Assembly: GCA_963788655.1 (NCBI GenBank)
Contig: CAWBHS010000043.1
Span: 1-64,000 of the forward strand
Direction of reading: 5' to 3'
Length of the DNA stretch: 64,000 bases
DNA from: an uncultured Verrucomicrobiae bacterium
GTDB lineage: Bacteria > Verrucomicrobiota > Verrucomicrobiia > Limisphaerales > JAFGQR01
This document shows, piece by piece, positions 10,659 through 20,806 of the stretch; the stretch's first letter is position 1, and every line of letters starts with the position of its first letter. Below the pieces are notes generated by a model. It was not told the DNA's origin and did no database searches. It was given only the letters and a program-made list of their open reading frames with translations. Both the position numbers and the translations under genes were made by a program.

Positions 10659-12685
10659 AAGCCAAGCACTCCTTCGATCTCGCTGAAGATCTCTTCGTCC
10701 TCGAACAGGTTCTGTACGATCGAGCCGGTCGGGCACGACGCCACGCAGGTGCCGCAGCCTTTGCACAGGGCCTCGTTGATGATCGGCCTTCTGCTTCGCT
10801 CTCGTCGAACGTGATGGCGGTGTAGGGACACAGCGGGATGCACGATTTGCAGCCGGAGCAATCGTCTTCGACGATGTAGGCCGTGTTCGGCTCCTGCTCG
10901 ATGTAGCCCTTGTCGATCAGCGCCAGCGCCTCCGCGGCGGCCGCGCCGGCCTGCGCGATGCTGTCGGGAATGTCCTTCGGCCCCTGGCAGCAGCCGGCGA
11001 TGAAGATGCCGTCGGTGAAGGTGCTGACCGGCGCGAGCTTCGGATGCCGCTCCAGGAACCAGCCTTCGCGAGCCGCAGCTCATGTTGAACATCCGCCGCA
11101 CGTCCTGCGCGTCCGCCTGCGGCTCCATGCCCGATCGCCAGCACGACCATGTCCACCGGAATGCGGCGCACGAAGCCGGCCAGCGTGTCCTCGACGCGGA
11201 TGACCAGCTTGCCCTCCTCCTCCGGCGTCGAGCGCCCAATCGGTCACCTCGGCCACGCGGCCGCGGATCGAACTGGACGCCTTCCTTCAGCGACTTGTCG
11301 TAGAACTCCTCGCAGCCTTTGCCCGGCGTCGCGGATGTCGATGTAGAAGTTGTACACATCGGCGTCGGTGTGCTCGCTGGATGAGGTGGGCGAGCTTCAG
11401 CGAGTAGCATGCAGCAGACGCGCGAACACCAGCGGTTGGTGTTTTCGTCGCGCGAGCCGACGCAGAGGACGATAGCCGACCGACTTCGGGCTGCTGCCCG
11501 TCGCGCAGCACAATCTCGCCCGCCGTCGGGCCGGAAGCGTTCACCAGCCGTTCGAGTTCCAGCGAGGTGAAGACGTTCGGATAACGCCGTAGCCGTATTG
11601 CGGCATGCGGCTGGCGTCGAAGAGTCTGAAGCCCGGTGGCCACGATGATCGTTGCCCACCTTGATTTCCTCGAGCTCCTCCTTCTGCGTGAAGTCGATCG
11701 CGTGGCGGTCGGCGCAGGCCTCGACGCAGGTCTTGCTTGCACTTGCCGGTCTTCGACCGCTTGAATGCAGGCAGCTCCGGATCAATCACCACGACCTGCG
11801 GCACGGCCTGCGGGAACGGGATGTAGATCGGTTTGCGCTTGCCCAGGCCCACGTTGAATTCGTCCGGGAACTTCGGCTCCTTGAACACACACGCCTCGAT
11901 GCATTCCTGGCAGCCGACGCACAGGTCCTCGTTGATGTAGCGCGGCTTGCGCTTCACGGTGACCGTGAAGTTGCCCACGTAGCCGTCCACCTTCGCCACT
12001 TCCGAGTAGGTCCACAGCGTGATGTTGGGTGCGAGCGCGACGGCGGACATCTTGGGCGTGAGGATGCAGGCGGCGCAGTCCAGCGTGGGGAAGGTCTTGT
12101 CGAATTGCGCCATGTGCCCGCCGATGGTCGGCTCGCGCTCGACCAGGAAAACCTTCTTGCCCGGCGTTGGCCAGCGTCAGCGCGGCGTGAATGCCCGCAG
12201 ATGCCGCCGCCCACCACGAGCACGTCCGGATTGATGTCCGACACGCTTCGCGTCTCGAGCGCCTTGTGGTGCGGCACCCGCCGGATCGCCGCGTGCGCCA
12301 GGGCCTTGGCCTTGTCGCGTGGCCTCCGCGCGGTCCGTGTGCACCCACGAGTCGTGCTCGCGGATGTTCACCATCTGGAAGTAGAACGGATTCAGTCCCG
12401 CCGGCCTCGGCGGCGTTGCGGAACGTGTGCTCGTGCAGCAGCGGCGAGCAGGAGCGACCACCACGCGGTTCAGCTTGTGCTCGCGGATGTCCTGCTGGAT
12501 CAGCTCCTGGCCCGGATCGGAGCACATGTACTTGTAGTCGCGCGACACGACCACGCCGGGCAGCTTCGCCGACGTACTCGGCCACCGCCGGGCAATCCAC
12601 CATCGCCGGCGATGTTGCTGCCGCAGTGGCAGACGTAGAAGCCGATGCGAATGGGTTCGTGTTTCTTGGGTAGAATCGGTTTCAT
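10651..12685 (-). CDS. hdrA: Heterodisulfide reductase subunit A (FAD, Fe-S), frameshifted
   Basis: [77 protein letters not shown]-terminal [12 protein letters not shown]. Confidence 0.92.
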
Positions 12686-12693
12686 AAATCTTC

Positions 12694-13917
12694 TCAGTCC
12701 AGGGATTCGGCGAGCAGTTCCACCACATCCCGCACCACCATGGGTTTGTCGTGCGGAATGACTTTCAACGCGTCTTCAAACCGCGAGACTTCGTAAGGGC
12801 AACTCACCGCCAGGACGTCCGCGCCGGTAGCAATCGCCTCCTTCACCCGTCGCTCCGACAACCGTTCCATCCCCTTCTGTTTGTAGTAGGTGTCCAGCCA
12901 CATGCCCCCTCCGCCGCCACCGCAGCAGATCGAATTAACCCGGTTGTGCTCCATCTCCACGAGCTTCACGCCTGGAATGGCCTGCAGCAGCGCGCGCGGC
13001 TCGTCGTAGGCCTGCATCGCGCGCCCTAAGCAACAAGGGTCGTGAAAGGTGACCGTTAGGTTCAGCGGTTTCTTGAGCCTGGGCTTCAACTGTTCCAAAT
13101 GGCGGGCGAAGAACTGGGTCGTATGTTCAGCCGGCTGGGTCATACCGTACATCGGGTAGCGGAAATGAAACGCATTGTAGGCGTGGGCATCGCCCGTCAC
13201 CAGGCGCCGAAACTTGTACTTCTTGAAAAGCTTGACGTTGTATTCGGCCAGGGACTCAAACAGTCCGGACTCCCAGGTCATCTGCCCGCAATCCCCGGCG
13301 CACTTCTCTTCATTGCCCAGGATGGCAAAATCCACGCCCAGCGCGTTGAACAGCTTGGCCGTCGCCCGGCTGTTGTCCTGGCCCCGCGCATAGAAAGAGG
13401 TGTAACACTCGACAAACCACAACACATCCACCTCTCGCTTCACCTCTGCCATGACTGGGATCTCGTACCGGCCGTCGTGGTCCAGGCGGCTCGCTTGCGC
13501 GGCGACTCCCCCATCGGGTTGCCGTAGCGGTGCATGTTCTCCAGCGACTTCTGGAATTCCGCCGGTATCTCGGTACCGAGTCACCAGCACTTGTTCCTTG
13601 ACCAGCGGCAGCAGCACGTCAGTCAGCCGGATGCCCCGTGGGCACTTCGCCGTGCAGGCATAGCAGGCCACACACCGCAGCAGGCTGTCCGACTTTATCA
13701 CCTCATCAATGAACCCGCGTCGCAGCATGTTGATCACCAGCCGCGGCGAGAAGTCCATGTGCTCCCCGTAGGGACAGGTGCCGCCGCACGTGCCGCATTG
13801 GATGCACGTCATCATCCGCCTGCCGGCAGGCGTCTGGAATAGCGTCTCCAACGTCGTCGTTCGGTCAACAACTCCAGGCTCTAACAAAGCAACCATTTGA
13901 TTCCTTTCGGGCTTCAA
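12694..13917 (-). CDS. HdrD/GlpC-like Fe-S oxidoreductase (2x[4Fe-4S] plus CCG domains)
   Basis: [40 protein letters not shown]; probable compensating indels near 13470-13570. Confidence 0.85.
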   Translation of the reverse strand: MKPERNQMVALLEPGVVDRTTTLETLFQTPAGRRMMTCIQCGTCGGTCPYGEHMDFSPRLVINMLRRGFIDEVIKSDSLLRCVACYACTAKCPRGIRLTDVLLPLVKEQVLVTRYRDTGGIPEVAGEHAPLRQPDGGVAAQASRLDHDGRYEIPVMAEVKREVDVLWFVECYTSFYARGQDNSRATAKLFNALGVDFAILGNEEKCAGDCGQMTWESGLFESLAEYNVKLFKKYKFRRLVTGDAHAYNAFHFRYPMYGMTQPAEHTTQFFARHLEQLKPRLKKPLNLTVTFHDPCCLGRAMQAYDEPRALLQAIPGVKLVEMEHNRVNSICCGGGGGGMWLDTYYKQKGMERLSERRVKEAIATGADVLAVSCPYEVSRFEDALKVIPHDKPMVVRDVVELLAESLD

Positions 13918-15958
13918 CTTACGGGCTTCGGGCTTCCCTCAGTCTTAGGATTCTGGACTTCGGATTTCACCTCGCCCAGGGCTTCCGCCACCAGTTCCGC
14001 GAGATCCTTCACAGCAATCTTGTCTTCCTGGCCGGTGGTTTTGACGGCGTCACGGAACATGGCAATGTCCTTCGGGCAGGCCACTACGAAGGTTTTTACG
14101 CCTTCCAGCGCGACCGCTTCACGGATGCGGTTCTCGGCCGGCCGTTCGGCGATCTTGTCGGTGTCCTCCATCCAGATGCGGCCGCCGCCTGCTCCGCAGC
14201 AATAGCTCCGGTCGCGGCAGCGCGGCATTTCCACCACCTCCAGGCCCAGCGCCTGCAACACCCGCCGCGGCGCATCATATACCCCGTTGTAACGGCCCAG
14301 GTAGCACGGGTCGTGGTAGGTTACGCGACCGCTGAGTTTGTTGGTCAGCGGCAGCTTCCCGGCCTGCACGAGCCCATCGAGCACCTCGGTGTAATGCCGC
14401 ACCTCCGGCCGGTTGCCGTTCCACGGATATTCGTTCTTGAGCGTGTGATACGTGTGCGGGTCGGTGGTAACGATCTTCTGGTACTTCGCCTTGCCGAGGG
14501 CCTGGAGATTTTTGTCCCGCAGCATCTCGTACAACCCTTCCTCGCCAATGCGGCGCACATCGTTGCCTGCGTTGCGCTCCCCCTCGTAGAGCAACCCGAA
14601 GTCCACGCCGGCCCGCGCGAAGACATTGGCAGTCTTCCTGGTAATATCCTCACAGCGCGGATCGTAGCTCGCATAATCGCCCACGAACCAGACATACTCG
14701 ACGGGTTCCTTGCGGGCGTCCTTGATCTTCAAGCCCGAGGTCTGGGTCCATTTCGCCCGCATCCGGTCGGACTTGCCGAAGGAGTTGCCGTAGCGCTGCA
14801 GGTTGCCTAGCATGTCCTGCACCGTGCGCTCGACCTGCCCCTGGCTGACCAGGTGACGGCGGAGGGCGACAATGAGCGGCACTTGCTCGTTCCAAACGGC
14901 ACAGCGGTTCATACACGCCATACAGGTGGTGCAGGCCCAGATTTCCTTCTCGCTGATGACGTCACCGATGAGCTTGGGCGCGCCATTGCCGTTCTTGTGC
15001 TTGAGCCCCAGATGGACCATGTGCTCCTTGATCTTGTGGATGATCTGCTGCGGCTCGATGGGTACCCGGAAGCGGTGGCGGGGCAGGACCGGTCACACCG
15101 CCCGCACTCGGCGCAGGAGAAACCGCTCAACAACTGTTTCCAGGTCAGTTCCTCCCAGCGGGAGGCGCCGGCGGTCAGGTCTTCCTTGGCGCCGACCACG
15201 CCCAGGTCGCCCACCGGGCGCGTGGCGCTTTGACTGAAGAACACGTTGAAGGGCGCGGCCAGCAGATGCAGGTGTTTCGAGTAGGGCAGATACACCAGGA
15301 AGAACAGCACCACAATCATGTGCGACCACCACATGGCGTTAGACAGAGAGCGGGCAGTTTCCGGCGGTGTTGCAGCAAAGGCCTTGGACAGAAGGCTGCC
15401 AAACGGCGCCCAGGCGGTGACCTGTTCACCCTCGCCGACGATCCGGAAGGCCGAACCGAACAGCGTGGTCAACATCAACAAGCCGATGAGCAGTAGAATG
15501 AGATTCGCGTCCAGGCTCAGGTGCAGATACTTCGGCGGATAGAAAAGCCTCCTGGCCAGGGCGGCGCCGAGCGCGATCAGAACCACCACCGAGAAGACTT
15601 CCAGGAACAGGCCGACAGGCTTGACGTGGTCGGGGTAGGGAATCGGCAGGAAGGGGAACAACCCGCGCACGAGCGCCCAGTTGAAGCAGGCGGCGTAAAT
15701 GACGAAGCCCCAAAAGGTGAGGAAGTGGGAGAGACCGATGCTTCGCTCGTTAAAGATGCGCGGCTGCAACAACACGTGTTTGATGAGGTGTTGGAAGCGC
15801 CGGCCCAAATGGTCGAAGCGGTCTTCATAACGTCCCTGCCGCAACAATCCGATAAGCTGCCAGGTCCGATAGCCAAAGACGCCAAAGGCGATGGCGCTCA
15901 ACACCCACAGCACCGGCAGGCCGGGCAGCCCGAAGATGGAAACGTTAACCGGATTCAT
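13914..15958 (-). CDS. Membrane-bound Fe-S oxidoreductase (NarI/HdrE-like membrane domain plus HdrD-like; HdrF/FadF/EMO type)
   Basis: Multi-TM N-terminus with His residues (SHFLTFWGF, WSHMI, YSKHLH); CAECGRCDRSCP, CTTCMACMNRC, HDPCYLGR, YCCGAGGG; one indel near 15060; adjacent to etfAB. Confidence 0.85.
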
Positions 15959-15964
15959 AGCGTC

Positions 15965-16937
15965 TCATCCCTTCCGTGCTTTGATCTTATCAGTCAGGGC
16001 GGGCAGCAATTCCAGAGCGTCGCCCACCACCCCGTAATGCGCCCCATCGAAGATGGGGGCTTTCGGATCGGTGTTGACCGCGACGATGCACTGCGAGTTC
16101 TGCATCCCCTCCCAGTGCTCCGGCGCTCCGCTGATGCCGAAGGCCAGATAAACCCGCGGTTTCACGTTCATGCCGGACTTGCCGACCTGGCGGCTTAACG
16201 GCAGCCAGCTCTGGTCGATCACCGGCCGCGACGCGCACACCGCGCCGCCCAGGACCTGCGCGAGGTCTTCGGCCAGTTGCACGTTGTCCTGGGTCTGAAT
16301 CCCGCGCCCCACGCCCACCAGGATGTTCTGTTTCGTGATGTCCACATCTCCGGTTTCCGGCTCCAGATACTGCTTGAAGGTCACCTTTGGCGCTTCCACG
16401 GGCACGTCCACCTTTTCCACCGCCGGCGTCTTGTCACTCTTGCCGGCGTCCGGCGAAAACGCCCCCGGGTAGATGCTGATGATGCCGCGGCCGTCCGCCA
16501 GCTTCACGTCGGACAGGATCTTGCCGCCAAACAACTGGCTCGTGCACACCACCGCCCCGCCGTCGGCCTTCGCGCCGCGGCAGAAATTCACCAGTGGCAG
16601 ACCGCTCTTTGCGGCGAGCACCGAGCCGATGCCCAGCGAGACGTTAGTGCAGCCCAGCAGCAGCAAGCCCGCCTGTGTCTGGTCCATCAGCCCCTTCAGG
16701 GCGGCTCGCCAGGGTCCCGGCCGGCGCCAGGTTCAGTTGCGGGTTGTCCACCACGAAGACCTTGTCCGCCGCGCCCAGCTTGTCCGCGAGTGGTGCGGCC
16801 TCGCTGCCGAGCAGCGCGGCATAGAGCGGCGCGCCGGTCGCGCCCGCAAGCGCGCGCCCCGCGCCCAGCATTTCGTAAGTGATGTCGGAGACCTGCCCCC
16901 GAAGCTGCTCCGCCAGAATCAGAATTGCGTTTGCCAT
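15965..16937 (-). CDS. etfA: Electron transfer flavoprotein alpha subunit
   Basis: GVGRGI, ASRPVID, RQVGKSG, GISGAPEH, AVNTDPKAPIF; indel near 16705. Confidence 0.92.
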
Positions 16938-16950
16938 ATTGTCTGTCTCC

Positions 16951-17724
16951 TTAGATCACACCGTTCTTTGCCAGCACTTCCACGACCTTGTCCGCCACCT
17001 CCTCCGGAGCGCCTTCGAACATCTCCGCGCGCCCGCCTGCCTCTGGTTTGTACATCCGCTCGATGTCAAGCTGGACCGGCCGTTCAGGCGGCGTCACCGC
17101 CGCCTCCTCGATCTTGGCGGACTTCATCGCGGCCCGCACCTTGGCCACCGGCACATAGCGTGGCGGTTTCTCCGCCGACTGAATCCCCAGCACCGCCGGC
17201 AGCGTCACCTCGAACTCGCCGCGCAGTCCGCCGGCGAATTCCTTTAGCACGGTCACCTTGCCGTCTGCCGGCTGCACGCCGCAAACCACCCCGACATAGG
17301 GCAGGTTCAAAGCTGCGGCAAGCAATGGCGCGGCCTCGCCTTCCAGGTCGTCAATCGCCTGGGAGCCGGGCAGTATCAGCGTGTCGGGCGTGATTGCGCC
17401 CGAAGCGGCGAGGAAGTCAGTCAGCACCTTGGCCGTCGCTGCGGTGCCCAGATCTGCCTGGTTGATGGGAATCTTCACCGCGCGATCGGCTCCCTTGGCC
17501 AGCGCCGTGAAGAGCACATCGTCCACCTCCGGCGCGTCCAGCGCGACCACTGTCACCTTGCCGCCTTGCTTCTCCTTGAGGATGAGCGCCTGTTCCAGCG
17601 CGTGGTCGTCTGGTTCGCTCAGCTTGAACCGGAGGAATTCCGAGTCCAGTGACTTGCCGTCGGCGGCAACGTTGAGCTCTTCCACCGTATCCGGCACCAT
17701 TTTGAGTAGCACGTAGAGGTTCAT
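16951..17724 (-). CDS. etfB: Electron transfer flavoprotein beta subunit
   Basis: LKMVPDT, DDHALEQAL, ALAKGADRA, GSQAIDD, PRY motifs. Confidence 0.92.
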   Translation of the reverse strand: MNLYVLLKMVPDTVEELNVAADGKSLDSEFLRFKLSEPDDHALEQALILKEKQGGKVTVVALDAPEVDDVLFTALAKGADRAVKIPINQADLGTAATAKVLTDFLAASGAITPDTLILPGSQAIDDLEGEAAPLLAAALNLPYVGVVCGVQPADGKVTVLKEFAGGLRGEFEVTLPAVLGIQSAEKPPRYVPVAKVRAAMKSAKIEEAAVTPPERPVQLDIERMYKPEAGGRAEMFEGAPEEVADKVVEVLAKNGVI

Positions 17725-17738
17725 AGATTGTCAGACAT

Positions 17739-18638
17739 TCACTTTGCCGCCGGGGCCGCTTCGGCCTCCTGCGCTTCTTTGATCGCCGGCATCACCGCCA
17801 CCAGCTCCGAACCGATGCCCAGCCGCTGGGCGGCAGGCCCAGCGCCAGGCCCATCAGTTGCGTGAAATACATCACCGGCATGTTGAATTCGGTCCCGAAT
17901 TCGGTGTTCACCTGCTTTTGGTAACACTCGAGGTTCACCTGGCAGAGCGGGCAGGCCGTGACGATCACCGCCGCTCCCGACCGGACCGCGCTCTCGAGGA
18001 GATTGCGCACCATGCTCAGCGCGGCCGCGCGGTTCATAATGATCAGCGCCCCGCCGCAACAGGTCAGCCGCAACGGGTAAGGCATCGGCTCGGCGCCGCA
18101 CGCGGCCACGAGTTCCTCGAAATACTTCGGCTCCTCGACGTTCTCCTTGGCGTGCTTCCGGGGACGTAGAATCTGGCAGCCGTAATACGCCGCGACGCGC
18201 AGCCCCTGGAGCGGATTTCTGACCTTGGCTTTGACCTCCGCCAGCCCCACGTCATTCACAAACACCTCGATCAGGTGATGCACCGCCGACTCGCCCGAGA
18301 ACTTGAGGTTGTCTTCGGCCAGCGCCGCGTTGATGTGCTCCGCCAGGTCCGCGTCGTGCCGCAGGGCGTCCCGCGTGAAGGTACATGTTCTTGTAACATC
18401 CGCTGCACGGCGACACGAGCGGCAGTTGCTGCTTCTCGGCCATCGCCAGGTTCCGCGCGCAGAGCGTGTAGGCCAGCAACTGGTCCACGTGGAAGTAGGC
18501 CGTCGCGCCGCAGCAGTTCCAATCCTCCAGCTCCTGAAGTTCCACCCCCAGCGCGCGCGAGGTCTCCAGCGTCGATTCATGATAGCTGTGCGCCATCTTC
18601 TCCAGCGAGCAGCCCGGGAAATATGCGTAGCTCTTCAT
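17739..18638 (-). CDS. hdrB: Heterodisulfide reductase subunit B, frameshifted
   Basis: YAYFPGCSL, WNCCGA, SPCSGCY, YYGCQ, LTCCGG, TACPLCQVNL, YFTQLMGLALG. Confidence 0.9.
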
Positions 18639-19252
18639 TCCTTGTCTCCCAACGGGATGATGTGCCGGATCATGCGCTTGAAGTTGTCCAGCCGCTTGAT
18701 CCGCGCCGGCAGCAACGGGAGCCGGCCTTTGAGCATCAGCGAGGTGGCGGTCTGGGCCTCCTGGATCATTTCCGGCAGGCCGTAGGTGAACAGGTAGGTC
18801 GTCGCCAGGACCGGTTCGTAGGACCTGCCGCTGCGCAGGATCATTTTCACAAACGTCTCGGAGAACACCGGGCCGATCAGGCCGTCCTGCGTCTGGGTCT
18901 TCCACACCGTGTAGCGCTTCAGCCCGTACATCAACTCCGCGATGTCGATGTTCCGCGGGCACCGCACCGTGCATTGGTAGCACGAGGCGCAGTACCAGTA
19001 GGTGTTGGCCTTGAGCACTTGCTCTTTGAAGCCCGAGCGGATCAGCGCGATGATTCGCCGCGGCGAATTGTCCATGAAGCCCCCGGAGGCCACCGGGCAG
19101 GTCGCCGAGCAGGTGCCGCACTGGATGCAACTGTTGATCGGGTTGCCCTTGGCGGCGTAAAGCAGGTGGCCGATTTCCTCGACAAAGGACACCCCGTTGT
19201 CTGGGGGCGGAGTCGCGGTAGCCGTGGTGGTCTCTGCAACGGCCGGGCTCAT
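18635..19252 (-). CDS. hdrC: Heterodisulfide reductase subunit C
   Basis: CIQCGTCSATCP and WYCASCYQCTVRCP; ATGA overlap with hdrB. Confidence 0.9.
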   Translation of the reverse strand: MSPAVAETTTATATPPPDNGVSFVEEIGHLLYAAKGNPINSCIQCGTCSATCPVASGGFMDNSPRRIIALIRSGFKEQVLKANTYWYCASCYQCTVRCPRNIDIAELMYGLKRYTVWKTQTQDGLIGPVFSETFVKMILRSGRSYEPVLATTYLFTYGLPEMIQEAQTATSLMLKGRLPLLPARIKRLDNFKRMIRHIIPLGDKE

Positions 19253-19671
19253 TTGCTCATGGCCTTTCGCGCTCCGGCGGTCTTGAGCAGGGCCGCCACC
19301 TTCTCGAGCAGGAGTTTGGGCGGGACCGGCTTCTCCACCAGCTCATCCACCGCCACGAAGTTGGGGTGCACGGCCTGGCCGGGGAACAGGAACGCCATCT
19401 GTTCGCGAATGCCGGTGATGATCAGCACGGGCAGGTCGCGCAGCTTCGGATCCTTGCCCAGCTTGCGGGCAATCATGATCCCTTCGGCCCCGCGTCCCAT
19501 CATCACGTCCAGCAACAGCAGGTCGTAAGTCTTCGATTTGAGGGCTTGCAGACCGTCCTTGGGGTTGTGGGCCACGTCCACCGCGTACTTGGCCTTCAGC
19601 AGAATGGACTTGATGCCCGCCACAAAGTCGGGGTCGTCGTCAATGATCAGCAGTTGTTTTGGCTCGCTCAT
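19249..19671 (-). CDS. Stand-alone response regulator receiver protein
   Basis: LIIDDD, LLLDVMM, IITG and EKP receiver motifs; 140 aa. Confidence 0.88.
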   Translation of the reverse strand: MSEPKQLLIIDDDPDFVAGIKSILLKAKYAVDVAHNPKDGLQALKSKTYDLLLLDVMMGRGAEGIMIARKLGKDPKLRDLPVLIITGIREQMAFLFPGQAVHPNFVAVDELVEKPVPPKLLLEKVAALLKTAGARKAMSK

Positions 19672-20806
19672 ATTGAATCTTTCGTTCAGGAATTGGACTC
19701 GATTGCGCCGCGCCCTGCCCCACTGGCAGGTGAATCGTAAAAGTGCTGCCCTTGCCGGACTCGCTCTCCACCGTAATGCTGCCGCCGTGCACCTCGACGA
19801 TCCGGTGGCTGATGGCCAGGCCCAGGCCGCATCCGGTCACGCCTTCAGGTTGGGACTGACCCCGCGCGAAGTCCTGGAACAGGTGCGGCAGATCCTCTTT
19901 GGCGATGCCCACGCCTGTGTCCGCCACGGACACCAGCACCTCCGAGTTCCGGGCTTCGGCCCCGCACCTGGATCTTCTTGTTCGGAAAGCTGTATTTCAC
20001 GGCATTGCCCATCAGGTTCACCAGCACTTCCGTCAGGCTGCCTTCGTCGCCGTTGATGGGCGGCAGCGCATTCGCAACGGCAGCCTGGATCTCGATGGCT
20101 TTGCGCGTCGCGTGCGGCTGAACCGACTCCACCGCCTTGGCCACAACCTCGCCCACGCCGAGGGGCCGGAAGGTGTCCTTTAACTTGTTGATGTCCACGG
20201 TGAACACCCGCAGCCAGGAGTGGATCAGCTTGAGCAGGTCGTCCAGGCGCGACTGCAGGCGCGTGAACCGCTGCTGTTGCTCCTCCGAAAGTTTGTCTTC
20301 CAGCTCGCCCGCCAGCCCGTAAAGGCTCTGCTGGAGGGCGCCCAGGGGGGACTTCAGCTCGTGCGACACAATGGCCGCGAAATTCTCCCGCAGCATTTCC
20401 TTTTCCCGACGCAGGGCCACGGTTTGCTGCACCAGCCGGCTGTGTTCGAGTCCGCGTTTGGCGATGAGCCGCAGTTCCTCGGGTGTGAACGGCTTGGGCA
20501 GGAAATCAAACGCCCCTTTCTTCATCGCCTCCACCGCCGAGCTCACCGTGGCGTAGCCGGTGATCACAATGACCACTATCAGCGGTTGCCTGGCGCGGAT
20601 GCGTTCCAGCACTTCCAGGCCCGAGAGCCCGGCATCTTCAGATCCAGGAAGACCAGGTCAGGCTGCAGGTTCTCCAGCGCCTGCAAACCCTCGGCTCCAT
20701 TGCCGGCCGTCGTGACCCGGCAATCGCTGCCGTCGAGCACCGAGATGCAGGAATCCAGCACCACTTCCTCGTCGTCTATTACCAGGATTTTACGCTTGGG
20801 CTTCAT
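19640..20806 (-). CDS. Hybrid receiver-histidine kinase, frameshifted
   Basis: LVIDDEE...DLKMPG...KPF; SHELKSPL; NLMGNAVKYS; DTGVGI; GLGLAI. Confidence 0.87.

Noticed and set aside
7540..12685. Selenocysteine in MvhA, MvhD or HdrA, suggested by the Se-linked ygeY/ssnA genes
   Set aside because: The motifs inspected (DPCLGC, CNWC, GDCHY, LDCAAC) use Cys codons, not TGA.
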